DNA from: Anaerolineaceae bacterium
GTDB taxonomy: Bacteria > Chloroflexota > Anaerolineae > Anaerolineales > Anaerolineaceae
Length of the DNA stretch: 64,000 nucleotides
NCBI GenBank assembly: GCA_016841445.1
Contig: JAENZD010000003.1
Location: 31,212 to 95,211, forward strand
Direction of reading: 5' to 3'
Under the pieces are notes generated by a model, which was not told the origin of the DNA, did not search any database, and saw only the letters and a list, made by a program, of their open reading frames with translations. The translations under genes and the position numbers were made by a program. Below are positions 50,188-60,037 of the stretch, one piece after another; position 1 is the first letter of the stretch; the number at the start of each line of letters is the position of its first letter.

Positions 50188-52740
50188 ATGCACAAACTTA
50201 GTAAGATCCTTTCCATTTTGGTCGTAAGCATCATGCTTGCTGGCCTGTTCGCTGCTTGTGCTCCACAAGAAGAGACAGCCGCACCGACCGAAGAAGTCGT
50301 AGAAGAAACTGAAGAAGTTGTCGAAGAGACAGAAGAAGTTGTCGAAGAGACAGAAGAAGTTGTCGAAGAGACAGAAGTTGTCTTTGAAGAACAGCCCTTC
50401 GGTGAGAACCTCCCCACTGAACCAACCATTGATACCCCATTGGTTGTAACATACACAGAGTTCTCACAGAAATTCAGCCCCTTCTTCTCAGAGTCCGGAT
50501 ATGATGCTGATGTTGCAGCAATGACGCAAATTGCTCTGCTGACAACCGACCGTGTCGGGGGCATTGTTAGCAATGCCATCGAAGGTGAAACCCGCGAATA
50601 TAACGGCACCCCCTATGAATACAAAGGCGCCGCCGATACCAGCGTGGTTTATGATGAAGCAACAGACACCACCAAGTACACCGCAAATCTGCGCGTTGGG
50701 ATGAAATTCTCCGACGGCACACCTGTGACCGCTGATGATGTCATCTTCACCTATTACACCTTCCTTGATCCCTCATATGTAGGGACAACCAGCCTTTATT
50801 CCTTCGATATTGTTGGTTTAAAGGACTACCAGACTCAGACAACAACTGAGGTGTATGACAAATACAACGAACTCTTTGATGCGATCCTGGCTGCTGGCGC
50901 AGACCACGAGTGGTCAGAAGATGATGCCTGGACCCAGGAACTGCAGGATGATTTCTGGACACGCTGGAACGAAGAGATCAATGCAGCAACCCAATCCATC
51001 ACCAATTACGTGATGGCAAATTACGCGGACGCTTATGCGGAAGCGATCATGGGTTTAACCCCGGATGAGATCAAGGGAAATGACGGCCTCGAGCAGGCTT
51101 TCTCGATCGCACTATGGTCCTATGGCACCTACGAAGATGGCGTATTAACCACGGTTTGTACAGAAGAAACATTTGACCTGGTTGAAACCTTCCCGACCGT
51201 CGAAGATCAGGCTGAATCCCTGATTTGCTATTATGATGGTGATGCTGCAGCAGCTATGGCATCTGAAACCCCTGATGGCATCGACATTGTCTCCAATGTC
51301 CGGACTGATTTCATTGGTTACTGGGGTCCATTAGATGAATCCATGGGCGACGAAGGTGTGCCAAATATTGCTGGTATCAAGAAACTTGACGATTTCACCG
51401 TTGAGGTGACCGTGAATGGTTTCTCCGCTCCTGCGGTTTACTCCATCCTCGGCGTTCAGGTTACACCCCTGCACTATTATGGTGATGTTGAGAAATATGA
51501 TTACGAAAACAATATGTTCGGCTTCGATTTTGGTGACCTGTCCAAGCAGCAAAGCCTGACCCCCACCCCGATGGGTGCTGGTCCATACAAGTACGTCACC
51601 TTTGAAAACAAGGTTGTTTACTTTGAAGCCAACGAGAATTACTATCGCGGCTGCCCCAAGATTGCTGAAATTCAATTCCGTGAGACTGAATCCGCTGAGG
51701 TTCCCTCCGCTGTTCAGACCGGCACCGCTGACGTAGGTGAGATGACCTACTCCGCAGAACGCTATGCAGAGGTCCAATCCTACAATGCTAACGGCGAAAT
51801 GACCGGTGATGTGATCACATCCATCATGGTCGACAACCAGGGCTACGGCTATATCGGCATCAATGCCAGCACTGTTAAGGTTGGCGAAGATCCTGGTTCA
51901 GAAGCCTCAAAGAACCTGCGTAAAGCATTCGCAACCATTATTGCAGTACACCGCGACCTGTCCATTGACAGCTACTACGGTGAAGGTGCTTCGGTTATCA
52001 ACTACCCGATCTCCAACACCTCCTGGGCTGCCCCACAACCCACCGATGAAGATTATCGTGTGGCGTACTCCGTGGACGTGAATGGCGATCCCATTTACTC
52101 CGCAGATATGACCCTTGAAGAAAAAGTTGCTGCTGCTGAAGCGGCTGCCCTTGGCTTCTTTGAAGCTGCCGGCTTCACTGTTGAAAATGGTGTTTTGACG
52201 GCTGCCCCCGAAGGCGCAAAACTGAGCTACGAAGGCTTTGTTCCCGCTGACGGTACAGGCGACCACCCGAACTTCCAGATCTTCACATCGACACGTGATT
52301 CGATGGCAAAATTGGGTATGGAATTCTTGATCAACGATCCCGCTGACTGGAACGTCATGCTTGATGCCATTGATGCCAACGAACAGGAAATCTGGACGAT
52401 GGCCTGGGGTACAACCATTGACCCCGACATGTACCAGATCTACTACAGTTCCAACATCCCCGGCGGCGAAGGTAGCGGTTCAAACTACTATCACGTCCAG
52501 GATGCTGAGCTCGACCAGTTGATCATGGATGCCCGTGTGAGCGATGACCAGGGCTACCGCAAAGCTGTTTACAAGCAGGCTTTGGAAGTCCTTCTTGACT
52601 GGGCTGTCGAAGTCCCAAGCTACCAGCGTCTGAATGTTATCATCTTCAGCACTGAACGAGTGAACATCGACACCATCACCCCCGATATGACGACTTTCTG
52701 GGGTTGGCTCAACGATGTTGAACTGCTTGAGATGAACTAA
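50188..52740 (+). CDS. oppA: Oligopeptide-type ABC substrate-binding lipoprotein (family 5), enlarged
   Basis: Lipobox FAAC, KFSPFF, KFSDGTPVTADD, GAGPYK and LRKAF motifs; AGGAG SD. Confidence 0.88.
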   Translation: MHKLSKILSILVVSIMLAGLFAACAPQEETAAPTEEVVEETEEVVEETEEVVEETEEVVEETEVVFEEQPFGENLPTEPTIDTPLVVTYTEFSQKFSPFFSESGYDADVAAMTQIALLTTDRVGGIVSNAIEGETREYNGTPYEYKGAADTSVVYDEATDTTKYTANLRVGMKFSDGTPVTADDVIFTYYTFLDPSYVGTTSLYSFDIVGLKDYQTQTTTEVYDKYNELFDAILAAGADHEWSEDDAWTQELQDDFWTRWNEEINAATQSITNYVMANYADAYAEAIMGLTPDEIKGNDGLEQAFSIALWSYGTYEDGVLTTVCTEETFDLVETFPTVEDQAESLICYYDGDAAAAMASETPDGIDIVSNVRTDFIGYWGPLDESMGDEGVPNIAGIKKLDDFTVEVTVNGFSAPAVYSILGVQVTPLHYYGDVEKYDYENNMFGFDFGDLSKQQSLTPTPMGAGPYKYVTFENKVVYFEANENYYRGCPKIAEIQFRETESAEVPSAVQTGTADVGEMTYSAERYAEVQSYNANGEMTGDVITSIMVDNQGYGYIGINASTVKVGEDPGSEASKNLRKAFATIIAVHRDLSIDSYYGEGASVINYPISNTSWAAPQPTDEDYRVAYSVDVNGDPIYSADMTLEEKVAAAEAAALGFFEAAGFTVENGVLTAAPEGAKLSYEGFVPADGTGDHPNFQIFTSTRDSMAKLGMEFLINDPADWNVMLDAIDANEQEIWTMAWGTTIDPDMYQIYYSSNIPGGEGSGSNYYHVQDAELDQLIMDARVSDDQGYRKAVYKQALEVLLDWAVEVPSYQRLNVIIFSTERVNIDTITPDMTTFWGWLNDVELLEMN
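50290..50373 (+). repeat. 21-nt coding tandem repeat x4 (EEVVEET)
   Basis: gaagaagtcgtagaagaaact then three identical gaagaagttgtcgaagagaca units. Confidence 0.95.
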
Positions 52741-52765
52741 CTATCAATAACTAGTTTGTAGGACC

Positions 52766-52797
52766 TGTGAGCCCACCCACGGGTGGGCTCACATTTT
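52766..52797 (+). terminator. Strong hairpin after oppA (terminator or mRNA stabiliser)
   Basis: TGTGAGCCCACCC-AC-GGGTGGGCTCACA-TTTT. Confidence 0.8.
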
Positions 52798-52851
52798 GAT
52801 ATATAAAATGGGCTTTTGAGAAAGCCATATCTTTACAGAATTGGGAACGAT

Positions 52852-53841
52852 ATGAAAAATTTTATTATCAGGAGACTCTTTTTAGCCATTTTCATTGCCT
52901 TTTTCGGCGCAATGATCATTTACACAACTGTTCGCTCCTTGCCTGCTTCTTACGTGGACCAGATCGCAAGGCAGCGCGCCAGCAATCCCTTGAGTACGAA
53001 ATCTTACCAGGAATGGCTTGAAGAACTGAACTCTGTTTACCATCTTGACGTTGGCATTATCCCCGGTTATTTTGGATGGCTGAGTAATGCTGTTAGAGGT
53101 GATTTTGGTGAATCCTGGCATTACGGCATCCCGGTAACAGAGAAGTTTAACCAGGTTGTCTGGTATTCTTTCATCATTAATATCATCACATTTGGCGTAC
53201 AGTTGGTGATATCGATTCCACTAGGGATCCTGGCCGCAAGAAAACAGTACAGCAGGACGGATTATGCGATCACTGTGTTCGCCCTGGCTGGGATATCGCT
53301 GCCGACGTTTTTCCTGGCGACGATATTGAAATATGTGTTTTCAATCCGTTTAGGCTGGTTTGATCTATATGGCTTAACGGGGCGGTTCCACACTTCGATG
53401 ACTGATTTCCAGCAGATACTGGATATTGGTTATCATATGATTTTACCGGTTATTACCCTGATGATGCTCTCAATCGGGGGCCTGATGCGCTATACCCGCA
53501 CGAATATGCTGGAAGTGCTGAATTCGGACTATATCCGGACGGCTCGTGCGAAAGGTCTTTCTGAAAAGGTTGTCATCAATAAACATGCCTTTCGGAACAC
53601 ATTGATCCCGCTTGTTTCATATATGAGTTACCTGATCCCTTCAATGTTTGGCGGCGCCCAGATCACGGAGACGCTTTACCAGATCCCCGGGATTGGTTAC
53701 ATCTCGTATACTGCGATGATCAGGGGGGATATCCCCTTTGCCATGTTCTATACAACCTTTTTAATCGTCCTGACCCAGGTCAGCTTGATCATTGCTGATA
53801 TTATGTATGCGATAGTTGACCCACGGGTAAGAGTAAATTGA
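52852..53841 (+). CDS. oppB: Oligopeptide ABC permease B
   Basis: GDFGESW, EAA loop TARAKGL, HAFRN and DPRV motifs; start 52852 or 52816. Confidence 0.92.
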   Translation: MKNFIIRRLFLAIFIAFFGAMIIYTTVRSLPASYVDQIARQRASNPLSTKSYQEWLEELNSVYHLDVGIIPGYFGWLSNAVRGDFGESWHYGIPVTEKFNQVVWYSFIINIITFGVQLVISIPLGILAARKQYSRTDYAITVFALAGISLPTFFLATILKYVFSIRLGWFDLYGLTGRFHTSMTDFQQILDIGYHMILPVITLMMLSIGGLMRYTRTNMLEVLNSDYIRTARAKGLSEKVVINKHAFRNTLIPLVSYMSYLIPSMFGGAQITETLYQIPGIGYISYTAMIRGDIPFAMFYTTFLIVLTQVSLIIADIMYAIVDPRVRVN

Positions 53842-53853
53842 TGGTGGTGAATT

Positions 53854-55692
53854 ATGTCAGATGAAAAAAATCGTTTACCGGATCAAAGTCCTATTATCGA
53901 AGAGCCCATTCTAGAAGACATTGAGGAAGCTGAAGAAGGGAAAATGATCCTTGATGAAGAAAGGCAGGAAGATATTCCTGCTGATTTCCAGGATGAAGAA
54001 ATGGCATTGGATGATGCCCGGCGTATTAAAAGCCTCTCTCCTGGCATGCTGGTGTTCAAGCGCTTCATTCGAAACAAACTGGCGGTGATTGGGTTTGCCA
54101 TTCTTGTATTCATGTTCACATTTGCTTTCCTGGGCCCTTTGTTCATGCCCTATGAACAGGATCAATATTTTACCCATGTCGGATATCAGAGCAAGGATTA
54201 TGCAGGGGCGATTTATAACACTGAATTGCGTTATACTGTCGCAGATGGAGAGGAATTTGGCAGCTATGAACGGGCACAATTCTTATTGGCTTTGGGTAAA
54301 GATAATGAGATATTTTCACTGGGTGAGGATACGCATTACATTCAAACCATTGCTGATGGTACCTACCGGATCATTGACCTGGATAAGGTTGCAGGTGAAT
54401 TAATGCGTATGGGGTTAACCCCCGAAGCTGGCGTTACGTTACCCGAAGGCTTTGAGGAAGCGTATTTCGCTGCTAAGGATGCGGGTGAAGAAAGCTTTGA
54501 GCATGATGGTGTTTTATACCGTATTAGTAGCGAAAAGAAAGAAATTATCATTTCAACAGAAGAAAATATTGCGCTTGCATCGCTCAATGTTTTTGATCCC
54601 TATAATGAAGAAGATTTGGACGTTGTAGACTCATTTAAATTCAAGCTAGCCGGTGAGGAAGCAATAGCTGCAGAGATGAACGAATTCACAGTGGAAAACC
54701 AATCATATGAGGTTCAATATGATGAAGGGCAAATCACTATTTTTGATGCAGAAGGTCAGCCCTTTGCTGGGGTTTCGGAAATCATCGTCAATCCACTGGA
54801 TAAAAATGAGTATTTATCATTCGAATTTAAATCAGCGATTCGCCAGGCGATCAGAGACCTTAAGGATCGAGTCGTCATTCCCGATGCTGATGGCACGGAA
54901 GTTGAATACCGCATTGCCAGGGTCAATGCGAACTACTATATTCGAAGGCAAACACCCACTGCACTGATCAGTATCTATGAACTCCCGTCTGCTGAACATC
55001 CGCTTGGATTGGATAACAACGGTATGGACAACCTGACCCGATTAATGTATGGTGGTCGGATTTCACTGATGGTGGGTTTTGTGGTTGTGATCCTGGAAAT
55101 GATCATCGGTGTCATTATCGGCGGTGTCTCCGGTTATTTTGGCGGTGCTGTGGACACTGGGTTGATGCGTTTTGTTGACCTGTTCAACAGTATCCCGTTT
55201 TACCCGGTTGTGATCATCTTCGGTTCGGTGATGGATACGCTGGACGTTGAACCGATCACGAGAATTTTCCTTTTGATGGCTATCCTGGGTGTTCTGGGTT
55301 GGACCGGTATTGCCCGAGTGGTTCGCGGCCAGATCCTCTCACTTCGAGAGCAGGACTTTATGGTGGCTGCAGAAGCAACCGGTATTCGAACCAGCCGAAG
55401 GATCTTCCGTCACCTGGTCCCGAACGTGATGCCCTTATTGATCGTATCTGCGACGGGTTCACTGGGTGGAATCATTATTACGGAGGCAACCTTAGGTTTC
55501 CTTGGCCTGGGCGTCAGGTTCCCCCTGGCTTCATGGGGCAGTATTATCAACGTCGCTTCAGACCCATACGTGATGACCAATTTCTGGTTTATGTGGCTGC
55601 CTGCAGGATTGTTGATCTTGCTGACTGTACTCGGTTTTAACTTTGTTGGTGACGGCCTTCGGGATGCATTTGACCCGAGGATGAAAAGGTAG
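53854..55692 (+). CDS. oppC: Oligopeptide ABC permease C with large loop insertion
   Basis: RFIRNKLA, HPLGLD, GGRISL, EAA loop and GDGLRDAFDP; about 270-aa insertion after TM1. Confidence 0.9.
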   Translation: MSDEKNRLPDQSPIIEEPILEDIEEAEEGKMILDEERQEDIPADFQDEEMALDDARRIKSLSPGMLVFKRFIRNKLAVIGFAILVFMFTFAFLGPLFMPYEQDQYFTHVGYQSKDYAGAIYNTELRYTVADGEEFGSYERAQFLLALGKDNEIFSLGEDTHYIQTIADGTYRIIDLDKVAGELMRMGLTPEAGVTLPEGFEEAYFAAKDAGEESFEHDGVLYRISSEKKEIIISTEENIALASLNVFDPYNEEDLDVVDSFKFKLAGEEAIAAEMNEFTVENQSYEVQYDEGQITIFDAEGQPFAGVSEIIVNPLDKNEYLSFEFKSAIRQAIRDLKDRVVIPDADGTEVEYRIARVNANYYIRRQTPTALISIYELPSAEHPLGLDNNGMDNLTRLMYGGRISLMVGFVVVILEMIIGVIIGGVSGYFGGAVDTGLMRFVDLFNSIPFYPVVIIFGSVMDTLDVEPITRIFLLMAILGVLGWTGIARVVRGQILSLREQDFMVAAEATGIRTSRRIFRHLVPNVMPLLIVSATGSLGGIIITEATLGFLGLGVRFPLASWGSIINVASDPYVMTNFWFMWLPAGLLILLTVLGFNFVGDGLRDAFDPRMKR

Positions 55693-55700
55693 GAGATGCA

Positions 55701-56903
55701 ATGGATCAAGATACTTTAGACTTGATGCAGAAAATTGAAAAGATAACAAAAAGAAAGAAAATCAGCACCCGGCTGAACGCGCAGGAATCTGCACAAATTA
55801 CACGCGCAAACAGAAAAATTACGGACGCCATTGAAAGACAACGTAAGCGCAGAAATGTTTCTGAGAGCAAATATACAACCGAAATGAAGGATCCAAACAA
55901 CGTGGTTGAGTTTGATAACCTGCATACCTACTTTTTTACGGATATTGGTACGGTGAAAGCGGTTGATGGCGTTTCGTTTGAGATTCCCAAGGGCGCTTCG
56001 GTTGGTGTTGTCGGTGAATCAGGATGCGGTAAGTCTGTGACAGCATTGTCATTAATGCAGCTGGTGCAGCGACCACAGGGGCAAATTGTTGAAGGATTCA
56101 TCCGTTTTGATGGTGGTGATAAGGTCTATGAAATTTCAAAAACCCCGACCCAGGTAATGGAAACGTTACGAGGCGCCAAGATCTCTATGATCTTCCAGGA
56201 GCCAATGACCAGCCTGAACCCGGTTTTTAAAGCTGGGGACCAGGTGGATGAAGTGGTTAGGCTGCATAATCCCGAAATGAATGAGCATGAGGTCAAGCAG
56301 CTAACGCTTGATATGATTGACCTGGTAGGCATCGCGAATAATACCGGTGTTTATAATATGTACCCCCATGAGCTTTCGGGCGGTATGCGGCAGCGTATCA
56401 TGATTGCTATGGCGCTTGCCTGCAACCCCAAATTGATCATTGCAGACGAACCCACAACAGCGTTGGATGTCACGATCCAGGCTCAGATTCTCGATTTGCT
56501 CCGGAATCTTAAAGATAAAATTAACTCCAGCATCATGTTGATCACGCACGACCTTGGTGTGATTGCTGAGATGGCGGATTATGTGGTAGTAATGTATTCA
56601 GGGCGGATCGTTGAAAAAGGAACCGCAGAAGAAGTTTTCCTGAACCCATTGCACCCTTATACGGTTGGCCTGATGGCTTCTAAACCGGTTGTGAATAAAG
56701 AAGTTGATCGGCTTTATACCATCCCCGGGAGCGTACCAAACCCGGTTAACATGCCGGATTACTGCTACTTTAAGGATCGCTGCAAACGCCGTATGGATGT
56801 TTGCAACGGAACTTACCCCAAAGAAGTTTATGTGACACCTACCCATATGGTGACCTGCTATCATTACATCGATGAACAAGGTAAGGTTGATAATGGAAAA
56901 TAA
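55701..56903 (+). CDS. oppD: Oligopeptide ABC ATPase D with N-terminal extension
   Basis: [21 protein letters not shown] and C-terminal Cys cluster. Confidence 0.93.
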   Translation: MDQDTLDLMQKIEKITKRKKISTRLNAQESAQITRANRKITDAIERQRKRRNVSESKYTTEMKDPNNVVEFDNLHTYFFTDIGTVKAVDGVSFEIPKGASVGVVGESGCGKSVTALSLMQLVQRPQGQIVEGFIRFDGGDKVYEISKTPTQVMETLRGAKISMIFQEPMTSLNPVFKAGDQVDEVVRLHNPEMNEHEVKQLTLDMIDLVGIANNTGVYNMYPHELSGGMRQRIMIAMALACNPKLIIADEPTTALDVTIQAQILDLLRNLKDKINSSIMLITHDLGVIAEMADYVVVMYSGRIVEKGTAEEVFLNPLHPYTVGLMASKPVVNKEVDRLYTIPGSVPNPVNMPDYCYFKDRCKRRMDVCNGTYPKEVYVTPTHMVTCYHYIDEQGKVDNGK

Positions 56904-57921
56904 GGAAAAAGATATGACGTCTCAAGGACAGATGACAGAGAATTTACTTGAGGTAAATAACCTTAAACAATATTTTCCAATTAAAGCAGGCTTGCTGCAG
57001 CGAGTGGTTGGAAACGTAAAAGCTGTTGATGGTATCACATTCTCGATCAAGCGCGGCACAACCATGGGCCTGGTGGGTGAATCAGGCTGTGGGAAGACGA
57101 CGGTTGGGAAAACAATCTTACGATTAAATGATAAGACGGATGGCGAGGTTTATTTCAACGGAATTAATATCTTTGATCTGGACCATAAGGAATTACGGGC
57201 AATTCGTCCGAAAATGCAGATCATTTTCCAGGACCCCTACTCCAGCCTTTCGCCACGCTTGCCTGTGAGCGAGATCATCGGTGAGGCTGTTAAAGAGCAT
57301 GGACTCATACCTGAAAAAGGTTTCAATGAATATATCGATCACACAATGAAGATTTGTGGTCTTCAACCGTATCACAAAGATCGCTACCCGCATGAGTTCT
57401 CCGGTGGGCAGCGGCAGCGTATTTGTATTGCCAGGGCGTTAGCACTATTACCAGAGTTTGTGGTTTGTGACGAACCTGTATCCGCTTTGGATGTTTCGAT
57501 TCAGGCGCAGATCATCAACCTGCTGAAAGACCTGCAGCGAGAATTTGAATTAACTTTCTTATTCATCTCCCATGATCTTTCGGTTGTGGAACATATCTCC
57601 GACACGGTCGGTGTGATGTACCTGGGTGACCTCGTCGAATTTGGAACAAAGAAGCAGATCTTTAGAAACCCGCTGCACCCCTATACAGAAGCATTGTTAA
57701 GCGCAGCGCCAGTACCAGATCCAACTGTCAAACGAGACCGGATCATCCTCGAGGGGAGCATTCCCTCACCTGCGAACCCGCCCTCTGGTTGTAAATTCCA
57801 CACTCGTTGTCCAAAAGTGATGGATAGATGCAGCAAATATATCCCAGAAATCAGGGAAGTAGAACCTGGACACACCGTTGCTTGCCACTTGTACTATGAT
57901 CATCTTGAAACACTGGATTAA
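56893..57921 (+). CDS. oppF: Oligopeptide ABC ATPase F
   Basis: [21 protein letters not shown] and GCKFHTRC motifs. Confidence 0.94.
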   Translation: MENKEKDMTSQGQMTENLLEVNNLKQYFPIKAGLLQRVVGNVKAVDGITFSIKRGTTMGLVGESGCGKTTVGKTILRLNDKTDGEVYFNGINIFDLDHKELRAIRPKMQIIFQDPYSSLSPRLPVSEIIGEAVKEHGLIPEKGFNEYIDHTMKICGLQPYHKDRYPHEFSGGQRQRICIARALALLPEFVVCDEPVSALDVSIQAQIINLLKDLQREFELTFLFISHDLSVVEHISDTVGVMYLGDLVEFGTKKQIFRNPLHPYTEALLSAAPVPDPTVKRDRIILEGSIPSPANPPSGCKFHTRCPKVMDRCSKYIPEIREVEPGHTVACHLYYDHLETLD

Positions 57922-57967
57922 TAAACAGTATAATACTTAAAAAGTTGAAAAATAAAGGTAGTTATAC

Positions 57968-58237
57968 ATGGCAAGACAACCAAAGCAATATGATGACGAT
58001 GACGGGCGTGTGATCGTTGACATGGATCTCGAGGGGATGAGTTGGCATGACCGCCGCATCCGCAAAGAGACCCGGGCAGAAAAACGATCAAACCGTCCAG
58101 CCGGTGCGCAACTAACCAAGAGGGAAGCAAGGCGCTTCACCTGGTATGCGGTTCTGGCTGGGCTGACGATCGTAGCGGTTTATGCCGTGGCATGGGCTGC
58201 GATTCTGCTCTTTATGACACAGGTCTGGTTTAAGTAA
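57968..58237 (+). CDS. Small hypothetical protein with C-terminal TM
   Basis: DDDDGRVIVDM N-terminus, hydrophobic C-terminus, downstream hairpin. Confidence 0.7.
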   Translation: MARQPKQYDDDDGRVIVDMDLEGMSWHDRRIRKETRAEKRSNRPAGAQLTKREARRFTWYAVLAGLTIVAVYAVAWAAILLFMTQVWFK

Positions 58238-58267
58238 CAATTTAGATCAAATAAGTAAATTTAGTAA

Positions 58268-58294
58268 AAGGCCGTTATTGAACGCGGCCTTCTT
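58268..58294 (+). terminator. Probable terminator
   Basis: AAGGCCG...CGGCCTT followed by CTTATTATTT. Confidence 0.55.
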
Positions 58295-58306
58295 ATTATT
58301 TAAACC

Positions 58307-58334
58307 GTAGAGACGTTGCATGCAACGTCTCTAC
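58307..58334. repeat. GTAG-type REP-like perfect 28-bp palindrome
   Basis: GTAGAGACGTTGCATGCAACGTCTCTAC. Confidence 0.85.
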
Positions 58335-58369
58335 ATGGATATTGTTATTAAGTGAAACTTGCTGATCAA

Positions 58370-58397
58370 GTAGGGGCTCAGTATGCTGAGCCCCTAC
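58370..58397. repeat. GTAG-type REP-like 28-bp palindrome
   Basis: GTAGGGGCTCAG-TATG-CTGAGCCCCTAC. Confidence 0.85.
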
Positions 58398-58521
58398 TGA
58401 ACGAATTACCCACCTTAAATATTTTTCATTTTCGGCGTATAATTACCATCTTGCTGTAAAATGGACTAAAAAATAGCATCCCAACTATTGGTGAGTAACT
58501 CTTAAACTCTACGGAAAAATG

Positions 58522-58530
58522 TGCTAAAAT
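58522..58530 (+). promoter_or_regulatory. Extended -10 promoter preceding the tRNA-Gln fragment
   Basis: TGcTAAAAT, 14 nt upstream of the tRNA-like 5' end. Confidence 0.55.
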
Positions 58531-58544
58531 AAGTCCTATCATTC

Positions 58545-58583
58545 TGGGGCATGGTGCAATGGCAGCACAGCGGACTTTGAATC
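58545..58583 (+). pseudogene. 5' half of tRNA-Gln(TTG); probable attL junction
   Basis: TGGGGCA acceptor strand, GTGC/GCAC D-stem, GCGGA stem, CT-TTG-AA loop, TC, then loss of tRNA structure; no T-arm or 3' acceptor strand nearby. Confidence 0.85.
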
Positions 58584-58709
58584 GAAGCCCAAAAGTGGAT
58601 TCATTACTATCCTTAACCACATACCAGAAAATGCACTAGATGTAGCTGAACAATAACACATTACCCCCATATTTTGGATGACTCGGCACACTTAAAAGGA
58701 GTGTGCTTT

Positions 58710-59669
58710 ATGTTTTTAAATGACCAAACACAGCGGACTAATATCAATTCTGCAGTTGATGATGCAATAATATCTTGGGCAGAAGCTTTCTTAATTGACC
58801 GAAAAGCAAGGGGCTGTGCTAAGGGGACAATGCGTTTCTATCAACAGAAATTGAAAGAATTTCTAGATTATTGTCAATCTCAAGTTATCTCTGAAATTTC
58901 CCAAATCACACCGACTCTCATACGTCAATACCTTCTATATCTTGAAGAAACAGACCATAATCCTGGTGGGCGACATGCTTCTTTTCGAACTGTTCGTGCT
59001 TTCTTGTATTGGTTTGAAGATGAGGTCGAGCCAGAAAATTGGACCAATCCAATTCGAAAAGTTAAGGCACCACGTGTACCCGAAGAGCCTCTAGAACCAG
59101 TGGAATTTGAAACTGTATCACGAATGCTTGATGCCTGTAAATCAGATAACTTCCTGGATGTTCGTGATAAAGCTATTTTACTATTCATGTTGGATACAGG
59201 AGTTCGTGCAGGTGAGTTGTTATCGATTAATATCGAAGATGTAAATCAAGCTAGGGGTGAAATACTTATTCGCCATGGAAAGGGGAAAAAACCTCGTTTT
59301 GTTTATATTGGCAGACATACAAAGCGAGCCCTCCGGAAATATCTCAGAACACGGAAAGATGATAATCCAGCGCTTTGGGTGACCAATCGTCGCCATGGGT
59401 CTTTTCGGGTAGATTATCAAGGGCTGAGGGCGATTATTAATAAACGGGCAAAGAAAGGTGGAGTGGAATCGCCTTCCGCTCATGATTTCCGAAGGGCATT
59501 TGCTTTATCAATGCTTAGAAGTGGTACGGATATCTTCACTTTGGCTAAATTAATGGGGCATAAGGGTATACATGTTTTGCAGCGTTATCTAAAACAGACG
59601 AATGAAGATGCTGAAATTGCGCATCGGAAGGCTAGTCCTGTTGAAGTGGGATTACATCAATCTCGATAA
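58710..59669 (+). CDS. Tyrosine recombinase/integrase (XerD-like with SAM-like N-domain)
   Basis: TGVRAGE (R), GKGKK (K), HDFRR (HxxR), LMGH and QRY (Y); AAGGAG SD before ATG 58710. Confidence 0.95.
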   Translation: MFLNDQTQRTNINSAVDDAIISWAEAFLIDRKARGCAKGTMRFYQQKLKEFLDYCQSQVISEISQITPTLIRQYLLYLEETDHNPGGRHASFRTVRAFLYWFEDEVEPENWTNPIRKVKAPRVPEEPLEPVEFETVSRMLDACKSDNFLDVRDKAILLFMLDTGVRAGELLSINIEDVNQARGEILIRHGKGKKPRFVYIGRHTKRALRKYLRTRKDDNPALWVTNRRHGSFRVDYQGLRAIINKRAKKGGVESPSAHDFRRAFALSMLRSGTDIFTLAKLMGHKGIHVLQRYLKQTNEDAEIAHRKASPVEVGLHQSR

Positions 59670-60037
59670 ATCAAATTATTGATAATGATTAACTTGATGG
59701 ATGTAATATCTACTGATAGGTTATGCTGATTTGAAGGTCTTAAGAATGTATCTCACTTAGGCTGATAGGGATTTACACATATCTTATCAGTTTTCAGTTC
59801 AGTTGATAAATCATTTCTGCTGTTACTGAGAAACCCATAGGATGTATGAAAAGTAAAGGGTGATAATTTGGTATGGGTGATGTTTTCTTTTGATGTTCCG
59901 GTAATTAAATTCTTATTACTTACATAATTAAAAGGTTCAAAGAATCTTAAATTACTAAACAACCATGTCAATAATTGGATGATAAAAAAAACTTAATTCA
60001 ATGTATAATAATTTTAGAATCCCTTGGAGGGTGAACC

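Noticed and set aside
50290-50391. 21-nt direct repeats as a CRISPR array
   Set aside because: No spacers; in-frame coding repeat (EEVVEET) in a lipoprotein linker; no cas genes in the window
58545-59700. Group I/II intron interrupting tRNA-Gln
   Set aside because: The insert encodes a tyrosine recombinase, not a maturase or homing nuclease, and no 3' exon follows within 5.4 kb
59753-59971. 72-aa minus ORF after the integrase and 95-aa plus ORF at 62868-63155
   Set aside because: No recognisable motif or SD; likely chance frames in AT-rich DNA; a directionality factor or repressor could not be supported
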